This document shows, piece after piece, positions 25,461-34,709 of a stretch of 64,000 nucleotides of DNA. The DNA lies in IMG/VR virus record IMGVR_UViG_3300032004_000001, positions 1-64,000 of that record. One strand, given 5' to 3'. Within the stretch, counting starts at the first letter, position 1. Each line of letters opens with the position of its first letter. The notes under the pieces were generated by a model, which had not been told where the DNA came from, ran no database searches, and saw only the letters and a list, made by a program, of their open reading frames with translations. This stretch comes from a virus. Its lineage: Duplodnaviria > Caudoviricetes. The translations under genes were made by a program, and so were the position numbers.

Positions 25461-28400
25461 ATGACCGAACATCCACTTCAGATCATCGACTTCAGGGCGT
25501 GCGTCAAGCACGCCTATTACGGTGTCAGCGACAAGACGCTGCACTGTGCCAAGGTCGATCGCCGGTTTGCCGAATGGCAGGCCGGTGCAGCGGACTTTCT
25601 GACCCGCTACATCCGCCCCATGCTGGAACAAGGGGCTTCACCGCGTGAAATGTTGGTGGCACACGACGCCGGCCGGGCTTTCCGGACTGGCATCTACCCT
25701 GAGTACAAGGGGCAGAAGTCGAAGAAGGACGAGAACAAAAGCCCTATCGAGATGGAGCAGTACAAAGAGCTGATGCAGTGGGCCAAACGCTTCTTCGGAG
25801 CGCTCGGCGCCACGCAGATGTTCGTCGAAGGCGTGGAAGCGGATGACCTGATTGCCTGGATCTGCAAGATGGTCAAGGGCCCCAAGGACATCCGCACCGT
25901 GGACGAGGACATGCTGCAGCTGGTCGATGGCGACACCATCGTCACGCTGAAGAACGTCCCGCACTTCGGCGCCGACGGCGTCTACCCTGAAGGCCACGAA
26001 CTGGAAGGCCTGCCTTACCGGCTGACCAGCTTCGCCAAGTCGATCATCGGTGACAGCTCGGACAACTACAAAGGCGTCAACGGAATGGGTCCGGCCAAGA
26101 TCAAGGCGCTGGTCCAGGCCTTTGGCATCGACGGGCTGGACCAGCTGGTAGAAATTGTCGAATCCGGCAACACCGACCTGTTGGACGAAGCCATCGCCGA
26201 GACCGGGGATAAAAACCTGATCAAGTTGAAGGAGAACTTCGCTGACTGGAAGATGGGTTGGCGCTTGGCGTGCCTGCGGCCGGAGCTGTGCTGGAAGCCG
26301 CGGCTGAAGAAGCTGACCAAGCCGAAGATCCACAAGCGTGTACCGGATCCGACCGCCCTGTTCGAATGCTTGAAGGAAGTCGGCTGCGAGGACATGTGGG
26401 AGTCGGAATACTGCCACCTGATGCCTGCGCCTATGCTGGTCGATTCGACCAACTGGGAGGAGATCAAGCAGGACATCTTCGAGGAGATCAAGGCCGGCAA
26501 TATCACCGCGTTCGACTATGAGTCCTCGGACAAGGACCCGATCGTGGATTTCCGCCGCGCATCTGCAGCGGGTAGCAACTTCGTCGACATGCTCAGCCAG
26601 GAGCTGGCCGGGGCATCGTTCCAGTTCGGTCGCCACCTGGAGAACGTGATCTACATCCCGGTCGACCACAAGGACTCGAACAACGTCGACAAGCTGGTCA
26701 TCCTGGAGATGCTCGAGGTCGCAGCCAGTTGCACCCAGCTGGTCTGCCACAACGCCTTGTTTGAAGGCGTGGTGACGCAGACCAACCTGGGCAAGTGGCT
26801 GACCCAGGTGCAGGACACCCGGATCATGCAGCGTTTCTACGACGAGAACATGGAGGCAGGCCTCAAGGCGATCTCCCTGAACTACCTCTCGTATGAGCAG
26901 ACCTCGTTCCACGACACCCTGGCAGCCGGTAACGACGGCCAGGGCGTGGACATGATGTGCCAACTGACCGCCGACGAGACCTTCACCTACGGCACCGACG
27001 ACAGCCTGGTAACGGGCCACCTGCACGACCTGCTGAAGCTGATGCTCAAGCTGGACGGGCAGTGGGACTTCTACCAGCGCTGGGCAGTGCGGCCGACCGA
27101 AGTGCTGCAGCGCTCCTACGTGGCCGGGGCGAACATGAACTGGGCCCTGCAGAAGCGACTGCACGCCAAGGACCTCAAGACCATTGAGGAGGGGATGATC
27201 GAGCTTCGCGAGATCCTCGAGAAGAACGTCACCGGCAACGTCACCCCAGGCTGCAAGTCGCTGATCGAAGCGGAGAAGGACTACATCTTCCGATCCGCCA
27301 AGAAGAAGGCTGAGGGCAACGCGGAAGCAGCCAACCTCAAGGTCTCCGAATGGCGCAAGAAGCTGGAAGCGTCCTGCCAGTACGTGCCGTATCGCGAAGA
27401 GTCGGTTATGCCGAAGTTCGCTTTCACCGTGATTCAGATGGCCCCGGCACTGGAAGCTGTGAAGCTCCCGCCGCTGGAAAAGCTGACACAGAAGGCGATC
27501 AACGAGTGGTACGCCGAGGCTGGTGTGGCCGGGTTCGAAGACGAGTGGGAAATCACCGACGACCAGCGCACCGTGGTAACCGCGCTGGCTGCCGCCGTCA
27601 AGGCTGGCTGCCTGAAGATGGGCGACCTGCGCAAGGCGGCGGAAGAGTCGGAGTCCGCTGAGGACGTGGACCAGCATCGACTGGAAGCGGCTGAGGCAGC
27701 GCTAGAAGCGCTCGGCAAGGTCATCCAGCACTATGCCGGCGTCAAGCCGAGCATCGTGTCCTACGGTGACCCGCTGAACGTTGGTAGCCCGGCGCAGATG
27801 CAGCAACTGCTGTACTGCAAGATCGGCGTTCCAATGCGGCTGCGCGGCAAGCAGGCGGGCAAGGGACGGCTGTCTATCGGCATCAAGGATGCAGGCCCGT
27901 CAACCGACGAGCAGGCGATCCTGACGGCCCTGGCCAACGACGTGACCGAAGAGTGGCAGCGTGAAGCGCTGCAGGCTCTGCGCCGCGTCAAGACCGCCAG
28001 CACCCGGTGCAGCCTGTTCCACGACAAGTACCCGATGTGGCGCCACCGGGACGGCAGGGTCCATCCGTCGATCACCGACTACGGTACCGACACCGGCCGG
28101 CCAACTGGCAGCGCGCCGAACATCCTGCAGGTTCCGAAGAAAGGCGAAGGCAAAGCCATGCGCTCGATCTACATCCCGCCGAATCGTGACTACCTCTGCG
28201 TAGCCATCGACTTCAACGGGCAGGAGATCCGGCTGATGGCCAACCTGGCCCAGGACCCTGTGATGTTGTCGGTCTACGAGCCAGGCAACGAGAAAGACCT
28301 GCACAGCATGACTGGCTCCGGCATTGCCAAGATGGACTACATGGAGTTCTGCCTGGCCAAGGACAACAAGGACCACAAGCTGCACAAGCTGGCGGTGGCG

Positions 28401-29114
28401 ATACGCGGCAAGGCCAAAACCATCAACTTCGGTATGGCCTACGGCGCGGGGCCTGGCACGCTGTCTCGCAACCTCATTGCTCCACTGGAGGAAGCCAAGC
28501 AGTTGCTCGAGCAAACCATGGCGCTCTACTGGCGGATCCGTCCGTGGCAGCAAGAGACCGCGGAGTTCATGAACAAGAACGGCTTCACGCTGACGGCCTT
28601 CGGCACCAAGCGCCACGCCACGCAGGACTTGTTCAGCACCGACAACGGCAAGGTTGCTCGGCAGCACCGTCAAGGCACCAACGCCACCATCCAGGGCTCA
28701 GCAGCAGACATGCTGCGCATCGTGCTAACCAGGGTGGCCGAGAGCGGCATGATGGACCGGCTGCGCATGCAGTTCTTCGCACCGATCTACGACGAGGTGG
28801 TGTCGTGGGTGCACAAGGACGACGTGTACGACTACTGCGTGGAGATGGGCCGCTACATGGAGGAATCGACGCCTCCTGGGCACATTGTTCGCCAAGTACC
28901 GGAGTATTCCATCGGCTGCGATTGGGGTAGAGTGCAGGAACTGGGCCGCGACATCAGCCCGGAGAACGTCGCCAAGTTCGTCGCCGAGGCACTGGAAGAG
29001 GGCGTCGACATTTGGGAGAAGGATCTGCTGGAGCCGTTCGATCCTATCCGCAAAGCGACCTACATCGAGCAGGATGAAGACGAGGAGGTCGTGGTTGAAA
29101 ACATCGCCGACTAA
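25461..29114 (+). CDS. polA: Family A DNA polymerase with 5'-nuclease, 3'-5' exonuclease and polymerase domains (1217 aa)
   Basis: 5'-nuclease IIDFR/EADD/DEDMLQL/GDSSDNY; exo FDYES/HNALFE/YGTDD; TGRPTGSAPNILQVP; motif A DFNGQEIR; B KTINFGMAYG; C IYDEV. Confidence 0.95.
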   Translation: MTEHPLQIIDFRACVKHAYYGVSDKTLHCAKVDRRFAEWQAGAADFLTRYIRPMLEQGASPREMLVAHDAGRAFRTGIYPEYKGQKSKKDENKSPIEMEQYKELMQWAKRFFGALGATQMFVEGVEADDLIAWICKMVKGPKDIRTVDEDMLQLVDGDTIVTLKNVPHFGADGVYPEGHELEGLPYRLTSFAKSIIGDSSDNYKGVNGMGPAKIKALVQAFGIDGLDQLVEIVESGNTDLLDEAIAETGDKNLIKLKENFADWKMGWRLACLRPELCWKPRLKKLTKPKIHKRVPDPTALFECLKEVGCEDMWESEYCHLMPAPMLVDSTNWEEIKQDIFEEIKAGNITAFDYESSDKDPIVDFRRASAAGSNFVDMLSQELAGASFQFGRHLENVIYIPVDHKDSNNVDKLVILEMLEVAASCTQLVCHNALFEGVVTQTNLGKWLTQVQDTRIMQRFYDENMEAGLKAISLNYLSYEQTSFHDTLAAGNDGQGVDMMCQLTADETFTYGTDDSLVTGHLHDLLKLMLKLDGQWDFYQRWAVRPTEVLQRSYVAGANMNWALQKRLHAKDLKTIEEGMIELREILEKNVTGNVTPGCKSLIEAEKDYIFRSAKKKAEGNAEAANLKVSEWRKKLEASCQYVPYREESVMPKFAFTVIQMAPALEAVKLPPLEKLTQKAINEWYAEAGVAGFEDEWEITDDQRTVVTALAAAVKAGCLKMGDLRKAAEESESAEDVDQHRLEAAEAALEALGKVIQHYAGVKPSIVSYGDPLNVGSPAQMQQLLYCKIGVPMRLRGKQAGKGRLSIGIKDAGPSTDEQAILTALANDVTEEWQREALQALRRVKTASTRCSLFHDKYPMWRHRDGRVHPSITDYGTDTGRPTGSAPNILQVPKKGEGKAMRSIYIPPNRDYLCVAIDFNGQEIRLMANLAQDPVMLSVYEPGNEKDLHSMTGSGIAKMDYMEFCLAKDNKDHKLHKLAVAIRGKAKTINFGMAYGAGPGTLSRNLIAPLEEAKQLLEQTMALYWRIRPWQQETAEFMNKNGFTLTAFGTKRHATQDLFSTDNGKVARQHRQGTNATIQGSAADMLRIVLTRVAESGMMDRLRMQFFAPIYDEVVSWVHKDDVYDYCVEMGRYMEESTPPGHIVRQVPEYSIGCDWGRVQELGRDISPENVAKFVAEALEEGVDIWEKDLLEPFDPIRKATYIEQDEDEEVVVENIAD

Positions 29115-29442
29115 AAGTTGGTGGGACTCGTTCAAGGAGGCGGTTGGCCGCCTCCCTGACGGACCAATCAACCACACGCCGCGGGGTACGCCCATTCCGG
29201 TGGGCGGTTCCCTTCCCGACGGCAGGGAGATCGATATCGATCAGCTCCTCGCCGACAACACCCGCCTGCTGATGGAAAATCAGCGCCTGCGACAAACCAT
29301 CACCGACACCGTGGAGCTTCGTCTGCAGCTGGCCAACGCCAAGCTCAGCGAAGCCGCGCTGGCCCGCCGCATCGAAGTTTTCCGCAAGACCTGGCCGGAC
29401 ATCCACAAGAAATTTTTCTCAACAGAAAGGAAGACGACATGA
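29095..29442 (+). CDS. Hypothetical protein with coiled coil (probable TTG start)
   Basis: GAGGAGG upstream of TTG 29095; overlaps the end of polA. Confidence 0.65.
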   Translation: MKTSPTKSWWDSFKEAVGRLPDGPINHTPRGTPIPVGGSLPDGREIDIDQLLADNTRLLMENQRLRQTITDTVELRLQLANAKLSEAALARRIEVFRKTWPDIHKKFFSTERKTT

Positions 29443-30185
29443 GCTTTAACGGACAGAGCATCAAGGCACTGGCTCACGACTACGAGACCACGGGGGTTGA
29501 CGCTGGCAGTTGCGGCGTCCTGCAGTCGGCCCTGTGGATCGTCACGCTGCACCAGGACGGCAGCTACGAGGTCCACGATCAGGACCTCATGCTGCTGAAC
29601 CCTGGTTGCGAGATTCACCCGGAAGCTTCGAAGGTTCATGGCTACTACGCCCACGACCTGATCGACGAGAAGCCGTGGGAAGCCTACCTGACCGAGCAGA
29701 TGCAGACGGTCAACGAGATGAACCTGGACGCGGTGATCGGCTACAACAGCGGCTCCTTCGACAACCGCATCGCTTCCCGGGTGGGCTTCCGCGCGCCGAA
29801 GTCGATCGACTTGATGAAGGCAGCGCGCAAGCTGAAGACCGAGCACAAGTGGCCCAGCGCCAAACTGGTTCACTTCTACGAGCACTTGATGGGCGAGGCC
29901 ATGAACGGCGCCCACGACGCGTCGGTGGACGTGGACGCCACCCTAAAGTGCATCAAGCCGCTGTTCGGCTGGGCCAAGGTCGACAGCGTCGACGAGCTGA
30001 TGGTCTGGATGAAGGGCGACGACGGCACCCTGGAGATGAAGATCGGCTTCGGCCAGCACAAAGGCAGCAAGGTGAAGAACCTGCCGCTGGATTACTGCAA
30101 GTGGCTGCTCAGTGACAAGTGCGAATTCCCGTACTCGACCGAGCTGCGTGAAGCGCTGACCCTGCGCAAGGCAGCGGGCCTGTGA
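29439..30185 (+). CDS. DnaQ-like DEDDh exonuclease with C-terminal FGxHKG (ExoX-like) motif
   Basis: HDYETTG, YNSGSFD, AHDASVDV, FGQHKG...LPLDYCKWLL. Confidence 0.88.
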   Translation: MSFNGQSIKALAHDYETTGVDAGSCGVLQSALWIVTLHQDGSYEVHDQDLMLLNPGCEIHPEASKVHGYYAHDLIDEKPWEAYLTEQMQTVNEMNLDAVIGYNSGSFDNRIASRVGFRAPKSIDLMKAARKLKTEHKWPSAKLVHFYEHLMGEAMNGAHDASVDVDATLKCIKPLFGWAKVDSVDELMVWMKGDDGTLEMKIGFGQHKGSKVKNLPLDYCKWLLSDKCEFPYSTELREALTLRKAAGL

Positions 30186-30808
30186 GGCTGCTGGGCGTGA
30201 CCGGGCTGGCCAGGTCCGGTAAAGATCACGCAGCCAACTACTTGGCCAAGCACATGAACCTACACAAGTACGCCTTCGCGGAGCCGCTGAAGACCATGCT
30301 GAAATCGGTCTTCGGCGACCACTTCCACGAAGGCGATCGTTCCGGGATCTGCCCTGAAACCGGAAAGTCGTACCGGGAGATGATGCAGACCCTCGGGACC
30401 GAGTGGGGCCGGCAGCTGATGGACGAGAACGTGTGGGTCAACCTGGTGAACCGGCGGTGGGGGGAAGTCGAAGCCGGCTGCCATCTGGTCAACGAGTACA
30501 AGGACTACAAAGGTCACCACGCCAAGCTGGCTGAGGGGATGATCCTCAGCGACGTGCGCTTCGATTCTGAGGCTCAGTGGATCCGGGACCACGGCGGGGT
30601 AATCCTGGAGGTCGTCAGGCCGGTACATCACACGGTAACGGAAAATATTAAAAAGCAGCTGGGTATGACGGTGGGGATCCCTGGCCACCAGAGTGAGAAG
30701 GGAATCAGCCGAGCAGGTATAACCCATACGCTACTCAACGACGGGACGTTGGTCGACTTCGACATCAAGTTGATGGGATTGGTGGACGAGCTGCTGGGGC
30801 GTGACTGA
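30182..30808 (+). CDS. Deoxynucleoside monophosphate kinase
   Basis: GVTGLARSGKD, FAEPLK, REMMQTLGTEWGR, SDVRF, HQSE. Confidence 0.88.
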   Translation: MRLLGVTGLARSGKDHAANYLAKHMNLHKYAFAEPLKTMLKSVFGDHFHEGDRSGICPETGKSYREMMQTLGTEWGRQLMDENVWVNLVNRRWGEVEAGCHLVNEYKDYKGHHAKLAEGMILSDVRFDSEAQWIRDHGGVILEVVRPVHHTVTENIKKQLGMTVGIPGHQSEKGISRAGITHTLLNDGTLVDFDIKLMGLVDELLGRD

Positions 30809-31329
30809 TGGCAGCCAGCATAGGCGGGGTGTTTGAAAAGGAGATGGTCATCGTCATGCGCATGCTGTTCGAGCAGCGCCTGGTGAGCTTCCACCGTCTC
30901 TCCGATACCGCTGCAGCTGGTTCCATGGTCGCCGCCCAGCCCAGCGACTACCTGCTAGGCCTTCCTGCAGCGTGTCAAAACCTGCAGGAGGGGCAGCGGC
31001 TGTGCTTCCTCGAGGTGAAAGCCAGCGAGGAGCACAGCTCAATGCCCAAGGCCGCGGTCAGGGCTTCGCAGCGCGGGGCCATCGGCCGGTTCCGATTCCT
31101 CCTGGGGATTCCCTATTACATCCTGTTTTGGGATGCCAAGAACGGGGTCATCCAGCTGTGGGACGGCCTGGCTGTGCACGACACGGACCGGATCGACAAG
31201 AAGTTCCTGCTGGCCACCTGGCCTGACGTCGGCGTGATCAACAAGCTGCGAAGGCAGCGGGTTGTAGATTTTCTCGTCGACTACTTTCGCATCCCCTCAC
31301 ACGGGGATACACTGAACAAATCCCGCTAG
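30808..31329 (+). CDS. PD-(D/E)XK nuclease, RecU-like Holliday junction resolvase
   Basis: GVFE...PSDY...FLEVKAS. Confidence 0.65.
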   Translation: MAASIGGVFEKEMVIVMRMLFEQRLVSFHRLSDTAAAGSMVAAQPSDYLLGLPAACQNLQEGQRLCFLEVKASEEHSSMPKAAVRASQRGAIGRFRFLLGIPYYILFWDAKNGVIQLWDGLAVHDTDRIDKKFLLATWPDVGVINKLRRQRVVDFLVDYFRIPSHGDTLNKSR

Positions 31330-31341
31330 TTAGCGGGATTT
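31318..31341. promoter_or_regulatory. Perfect inverted repeat centred on putative operator CGCTAGTTAGCG (31324-31335)
   Basis: AAATCCCGCTA-GT-TAGCGGGATTT; -10-like TACACT at 31308. Confidence 0.6.
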
Positions 31342-31365
31342 CTAATCATTTGGGGTGAATGGACT

Positions 31366-32502
31366 ATGCAAGTTTTGTCAGAAAAGACGCTGTACAAGAA
31401 TCACGGCAAGGCGATTGGGTGGTGGAAGATCGAGGCAGTGCAGCTGAACGAAACAGCCGCCGGCCTGCGGATCACCTACGCCAAAACCATGGACGGCAAG
31501 GTTACCGAGAAGTCCTCCTCGATCCAGGCCAAGAACATCGGCCGGGCCAATGAGACCAAACCGAACGAGCAGGCGATCGCTGAAGCCCAGTCCCGCGTCA
31601 ACGAACAGATCCGCCTGGGCTACGTCGAGACCCTGGAAGAAGCCGCAGCGCCTAAGACCAACGGCCTGGGCAAGAAACTGCCGATGCTCGCCGAGCCGCT
31701 GAAGAAGGTCAAGGAAAGCGACATCGACTGGGACAACGCTTTTGTACAGCGTAAGTTCGACGGTCACCGCTGCCTGCATGAAGAGTTCATTTACAGCCGC
31801 GGCGGCGTGGCGCACAACGTCCAGCACATCCTGGACTTGATCAAGAGCGAGCCCAACCTTGACGCCTTGCACCTGGACGGCGAGCTGTACATTCACGGCA
31901 TGAGCCTGCAGGCCATCGGCAGCCTGATCACCAAGCCGCGCCCTGAATCACTGGATCTGGAATACCACATCTACGACACGGTCAGCGACAAGCCGTTCCA
32001 GGAGCGGTACCAGGACCTATTCGACGCCACCGGCGGACTGTCAGTTGGGGACAAAATCCACATTGCTGAAACCCACCGCGTCCGCAGCATGGCCGAAGCC
32101 ATGGTGTGGCACCGCAAGTGGGTCGCCGAAGGCTACGAGGGCAGCATCCTGCGCTGGGGCCGTGGCGGTTACGAGGACGGCAAGCGGACCAAGCGCTTGG
32201 TTAAGCTGAAGGACTTCAGCGACTTTGAAGTGAAGGTAGTGGGCTGGGAGCTGGCCGAGCAGCAGGTGGTCAAGGGCGTCACCTACCAGGTGCCTAAATT
32301 CGTCTACGAGGTGAGCACTCCCACCGGCATCAAGACCGCCAAGGTCACGGCGCACGGATCGGTACCGGAGAAGCATGCTGAGTGGGAAGCGCTGGAAGCC
32401 GGGCTGAACATGGGCCGCATGCTGACCCTGTCGCACTTCGGCTTCACGCCCGACGGCATCCCCAACATTGCTACAGCCAAGTGCTGGTACGAGGCCCTGT
32501 GA
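31366..32502 (+). CDS. ATP-dependent DNA ligase with N-terminal WGR-like domain
   Basis: QRKFDGHR (motif I), LDGELY, YHIYD, YEGSILR, LVKLK. Confidence 0.92.
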   Translation: MQVLSEKTLYKNHGKAIGWWKIEAVQLNETAAGLRITYAKTMDGKVTEKSSSIQAKNIGRANETKPNEQAIAEAQSRVNEQIRLGYVETLEEAAAPKTNGLGKKLPMLAEPLKKVKESDIDWDNAFVQRKFDGHRCLHEEFIYSRGGVAHNVQHILDLIKSEPNLDALHLDGELYIHGMSLQAIGSLITKPRPESLDLEYHIYDTVSDKPFQERYQDLFDATGGLSVGDKIHIAETHRVRSMAEAMVWHRKWVAEGYEGSILRWGRGGYEDGKRTKRLVKLKDFSDFEVKVVGWELAEQQVVKGVTYQVPKFVYEVSTPTGIKTAKVTAHGSVPEKHAEWEALEAGLNMGRMLTLSHFGFTPDGIPNIATAKCWYEAL

Positions 32503-32621
32503 TGAAAGACATCTTCAAGTGGGAAACCATAGGCATCAGCCTTCCCGTAGGGGTGATTTTGTCCTTCGAAATCAGCGACCACCTGAAGATGCTGGTGGAA
32601 TATGCCAAGACGCTGTTCTGA
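32502..32621 (+). CDS. 39-aa membrane microprotein
   Basis: TGATG coupling; hydrophobic IGISLPVGVILSF. Confidence 0.55.
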   Translation: MKDIFKWETIGISLPVGVILSFEISDHLKMLVEYAKTLF

Positions 32622-32667
32622 TCTACCTGGGGCAGCCCGCTGCCCCATCATTGAAATGGATGGACCC

Positions 32668-32784
32668 ATGCCAAACGAAATCAAGAAGAAACTCGCCCTG
32701 TTCATTCTGGAGGGGTTGATCGTGCTGTCAGCGATCCCCGTCCTCTCCTACCTCTACCATTTTGCGAAAGGCTGCATGCCATGA
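32668..32784 (+). CDS. 38-aa single-TM microprotein
   Basis: KKKLALFILEGLIVLSAIPVLSYLY; ATGA coupling downstream. Confidence 0.55.
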   Translation: MPNEIKKKLALFILEGLIVLSAIPVLSYLYHFAKGCMP

Positions 32785-33848
32785 AGAAGCTGACCATTTT
32801 CACCGACCCTCACCTGGGTACAGCCCGCCAGGCGCACACGACTCGCGAGTCGTCGGCGCTGCTGCAGCTGTCGCTGTACCACCAAGCCATGTCCATCGTC
32901 TCCACCGCCGAGAACCCGGTCATCTGCGTCGGTGACCTGTTCGACAAGTCGTTCAACAAGGAGGAGGTCATCGTCCAAGGCTACAACGTCGCCAGCGCCT
33001 GCTGGATGACTCTGGCCGGCAACCACGACGAGACCAACCGTGAAGGCAGCGTGACGTCGCTGCGGGCGATCCGTGACATGGGAGCGCCGGTGTGTGCAGC
33101 GCCTAACCTGACCGATCCGTACTTCGATTGCTTCGAATCGATCTACATGGTCCCCCACCACGCCAGCCAGGAGGTCTTTGAGGTCGCCATGCGGGACGCT
33201 GCAGCGCACGCTGCCCAGCACCGCGATGGCCTGGCCAGCTACCTGTTCCTGCACTGCAACTACAACTTTGACCTGGCCACCACGGACAACACGCTGAACC
33301 TGACCCGGCATCTGGCGCAGGAGCTGATCGGATCGTTCGACTACATCTTCATCGGCCATGAGCACAACAGCTCGACTGACCTGGGTGGCCAGGTAGTGGT
33401 CCTGGGTAACACCCATCCAACCAGCTTCCACGACGTCGGCGACAAGTTCATCTACCACTTGGAGCTGGACACCGCCGAGCTGACCAAGGAGCTGGTGTGG
33501 TCGGAGAAGGACCACTACCGCGAGATCAAGATCGGCGGCGAGATCCCCGACCTGGCCGGCGTACAGTTCGTCGACGTGGTCGGTGTGGACAGCGTGGCCA
33601 ATGCCGTAGAGATCAGCGAGTTCATCCGTGAGGTGTGGAAGGCGGCGGAGTACGAGGCCCACGATCAGACCTGCTGCGAGATGTTCGCCGTGCGCAACAA
33701 GGTCGAGATCCTCGACTCGCTACAGGATGTGGACACCGAGATCGAAGGGGTTGTCGCTGAAGACCTCAAGACCCGGATTGCCCGGGAACTGGCCGGCACC
33801 GACCTGGCGCCGCTGTTTGATGAACTGGTATCGAAGGTGACAGCGTGA
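32781..33848 (+). CDS. sbcD: SbcD/Mre11-like metallophosphoesterase nuclease
   Basis: FTDPHLG, VGDLFD, AGNHD, FLHC, IGHEH. Confidence 0.85.
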   Translation: MKKLTIFTDPHLGTARQAHTTRESSALLQLSLYHQAMSIVSTAENPVICVGDLFDKSFNKEEVIVQGYNVASACWMTLAGNHDETNREGSVTSLRAIRDMGAPVCAAPNLTDPYFDCFESIYMVPHHASQEVFEVAMRDAAAHAAQHRDGLASYLFLHCNYNFDLATTDNTLNLTRHLAQELIGSFDYIFIGHEHNSSTDLGGQVVVLGNTHPTSFHDVGDKFIYHLELDTAELTKELVWSEKDHYREIKIGGEIPDLAGVQFVDVVGVDSVANAVEISEFIREVWKAAEYEAHDQTCCEMFAVRNKVEILDSLQDVDTEIEGVVAEDLKTRIARELAGTDLAPLFDELVSKVTA

Positions 33849-34003
33849 GGACCATAGAGCTGGCCGTATCGTTTCCGCCCAGTAACAAGGGCAGCGAGAC
33901 GATTACCTTTGAGGTGGAGGATGACGCCACCGAGGAGCAGATCGCTGAGATGGCCGAGGCGGAATTCTTCAACGTGTGCAACTTTGGATGGGAAGAAAAA
34001 TGA
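33845..34003 (+). CDS. 52-aa acidic hypothetical protein
   Basis: GTGA overlap, AAGGTG RBS; not in ORF track. Confidence 0.6.
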   Translation: MRTIELAVSFPPSNKGSETITFEVEDDATEEQIAEMAEAEFFNVCNFGWEEK

Positions 34004-34374
34004 TGACTCTTCAACTGCGCGTAGGATTCCCCAATAACTTGAGCTTCGCCCAGCTTCGCGAAACCAGCGTACCGCGCTGTGAGGAAAGCTACTTTCCCCT
34101 CATGAGCAAGGACGGGCCCTGGTGGGGCAACGCCATGGCCGGCGAGTGCGGGGAGGCCTGCAACGAGGTCAAGAAGATCGACCGCGACGGCTGGACCCCT
34201 GAACGCCAGCAGAAACTGGCCAAGGAGCTGGCGGACGTCGTGATCTATGCTGACCTGCTGGCAGCGCGCTTCGGCATCGACCTAGGGCAGGCGGTGGCCG
34301 AGAAATTCAACGAAGTGTCGCTGCGCGTCGGTAGCGATCGGACTCTTCCGGTAACCAAAGGAACTGAACAATGA
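34000..34374 (+). CDS. MazG-like NTP pyrophosphohydrolase (2nd)
   Basis: AMAGECGEACNEVKK...KELADVVIY...KFNE. Confidence 0.85.
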   Translation: MMTLQLRVGFPNNLSFAQLRETSVPRCEESYFPLMSKDGPWWGNAMAGECGEACNEVKKIDRDGWTPERQQKLAKELADVVIYADLLAARFGIDLGQAVAEKFNEVSLRVGSDRTLPVTKGTEQ

Positions 34375-34709
34375 ATATTCGCAACCTGGCAGTGGGCAAG
34401 AAAGCCCTGATCAACACGGATCAGTGGTTTGTGGCTCCGGATGGTCAGCAGTACAAAGCGGTGTTCGGCACCATCAAGAGCGTCCTGGACTCCACCGAAG
34501 CCCTTGGTGTTCGCACCAACGCTAAGTCCACCAACTGGTACGTGGAGATCGGCAACCTGACGGTCGCTGGCTGCCAGATCCACTACGCTGTGCGGACTGA
34601 TAGCTGCAACCTGGGCGTAACCGACAACTACGAAGTCAAGGATGGGGCACTGCTGGAATTCAAGCAGCCCTCTCGGATCTACAACGCAGACGGAGATTAC
34701 AACGTATGA
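34371..34709 (+). CDS. Hypothetical protein
   Basis: AAAGGA RBS, ATGA coupling. Confidence 0.75.
   Translation: MNIRNLAVGKKALINTDQWFVAPDGQQYKAVFGTIKSVLDSTEALGVRTNAKSTNWYVEIGNLTVAGCQIHYAVRTDSCNLGVTDNYEVKDGALLEFKQPSRIYNADGDYNV

Noticed and set aside
25638-27677. 679-aa antisense ORF inside polA (also 36139-37911 -, 16955-18295 -, 54177-55331 +, 55410-56351 + and many similar)
   Set aside because: Shadow ORFs opposite well-supported genes; high GC and codon bias suppress antisense stops, and they carry no motifs.
27219-27773. Intein as the explanation of the PolA insertion
   Set aside because: No C/S start with a terminal HN plus C/S/T and no LAGLIDADG motifs.
29130-29152. GGAGGCGG/CCGCCTCC hairpin as a terminator after polA
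   Set aside because: No U-tract, and it lies inside the probable next CDS (TTG 29095).
22907-30808. dZ (PurZ/MazZ/DatZ) or 7-deazaguanine modification pathway
   Set aside because: MazG-like genes are present, but no PurZ, HD phosphohydrolase, DpdA, QueC/D/E or FolE is recognisable in this window.
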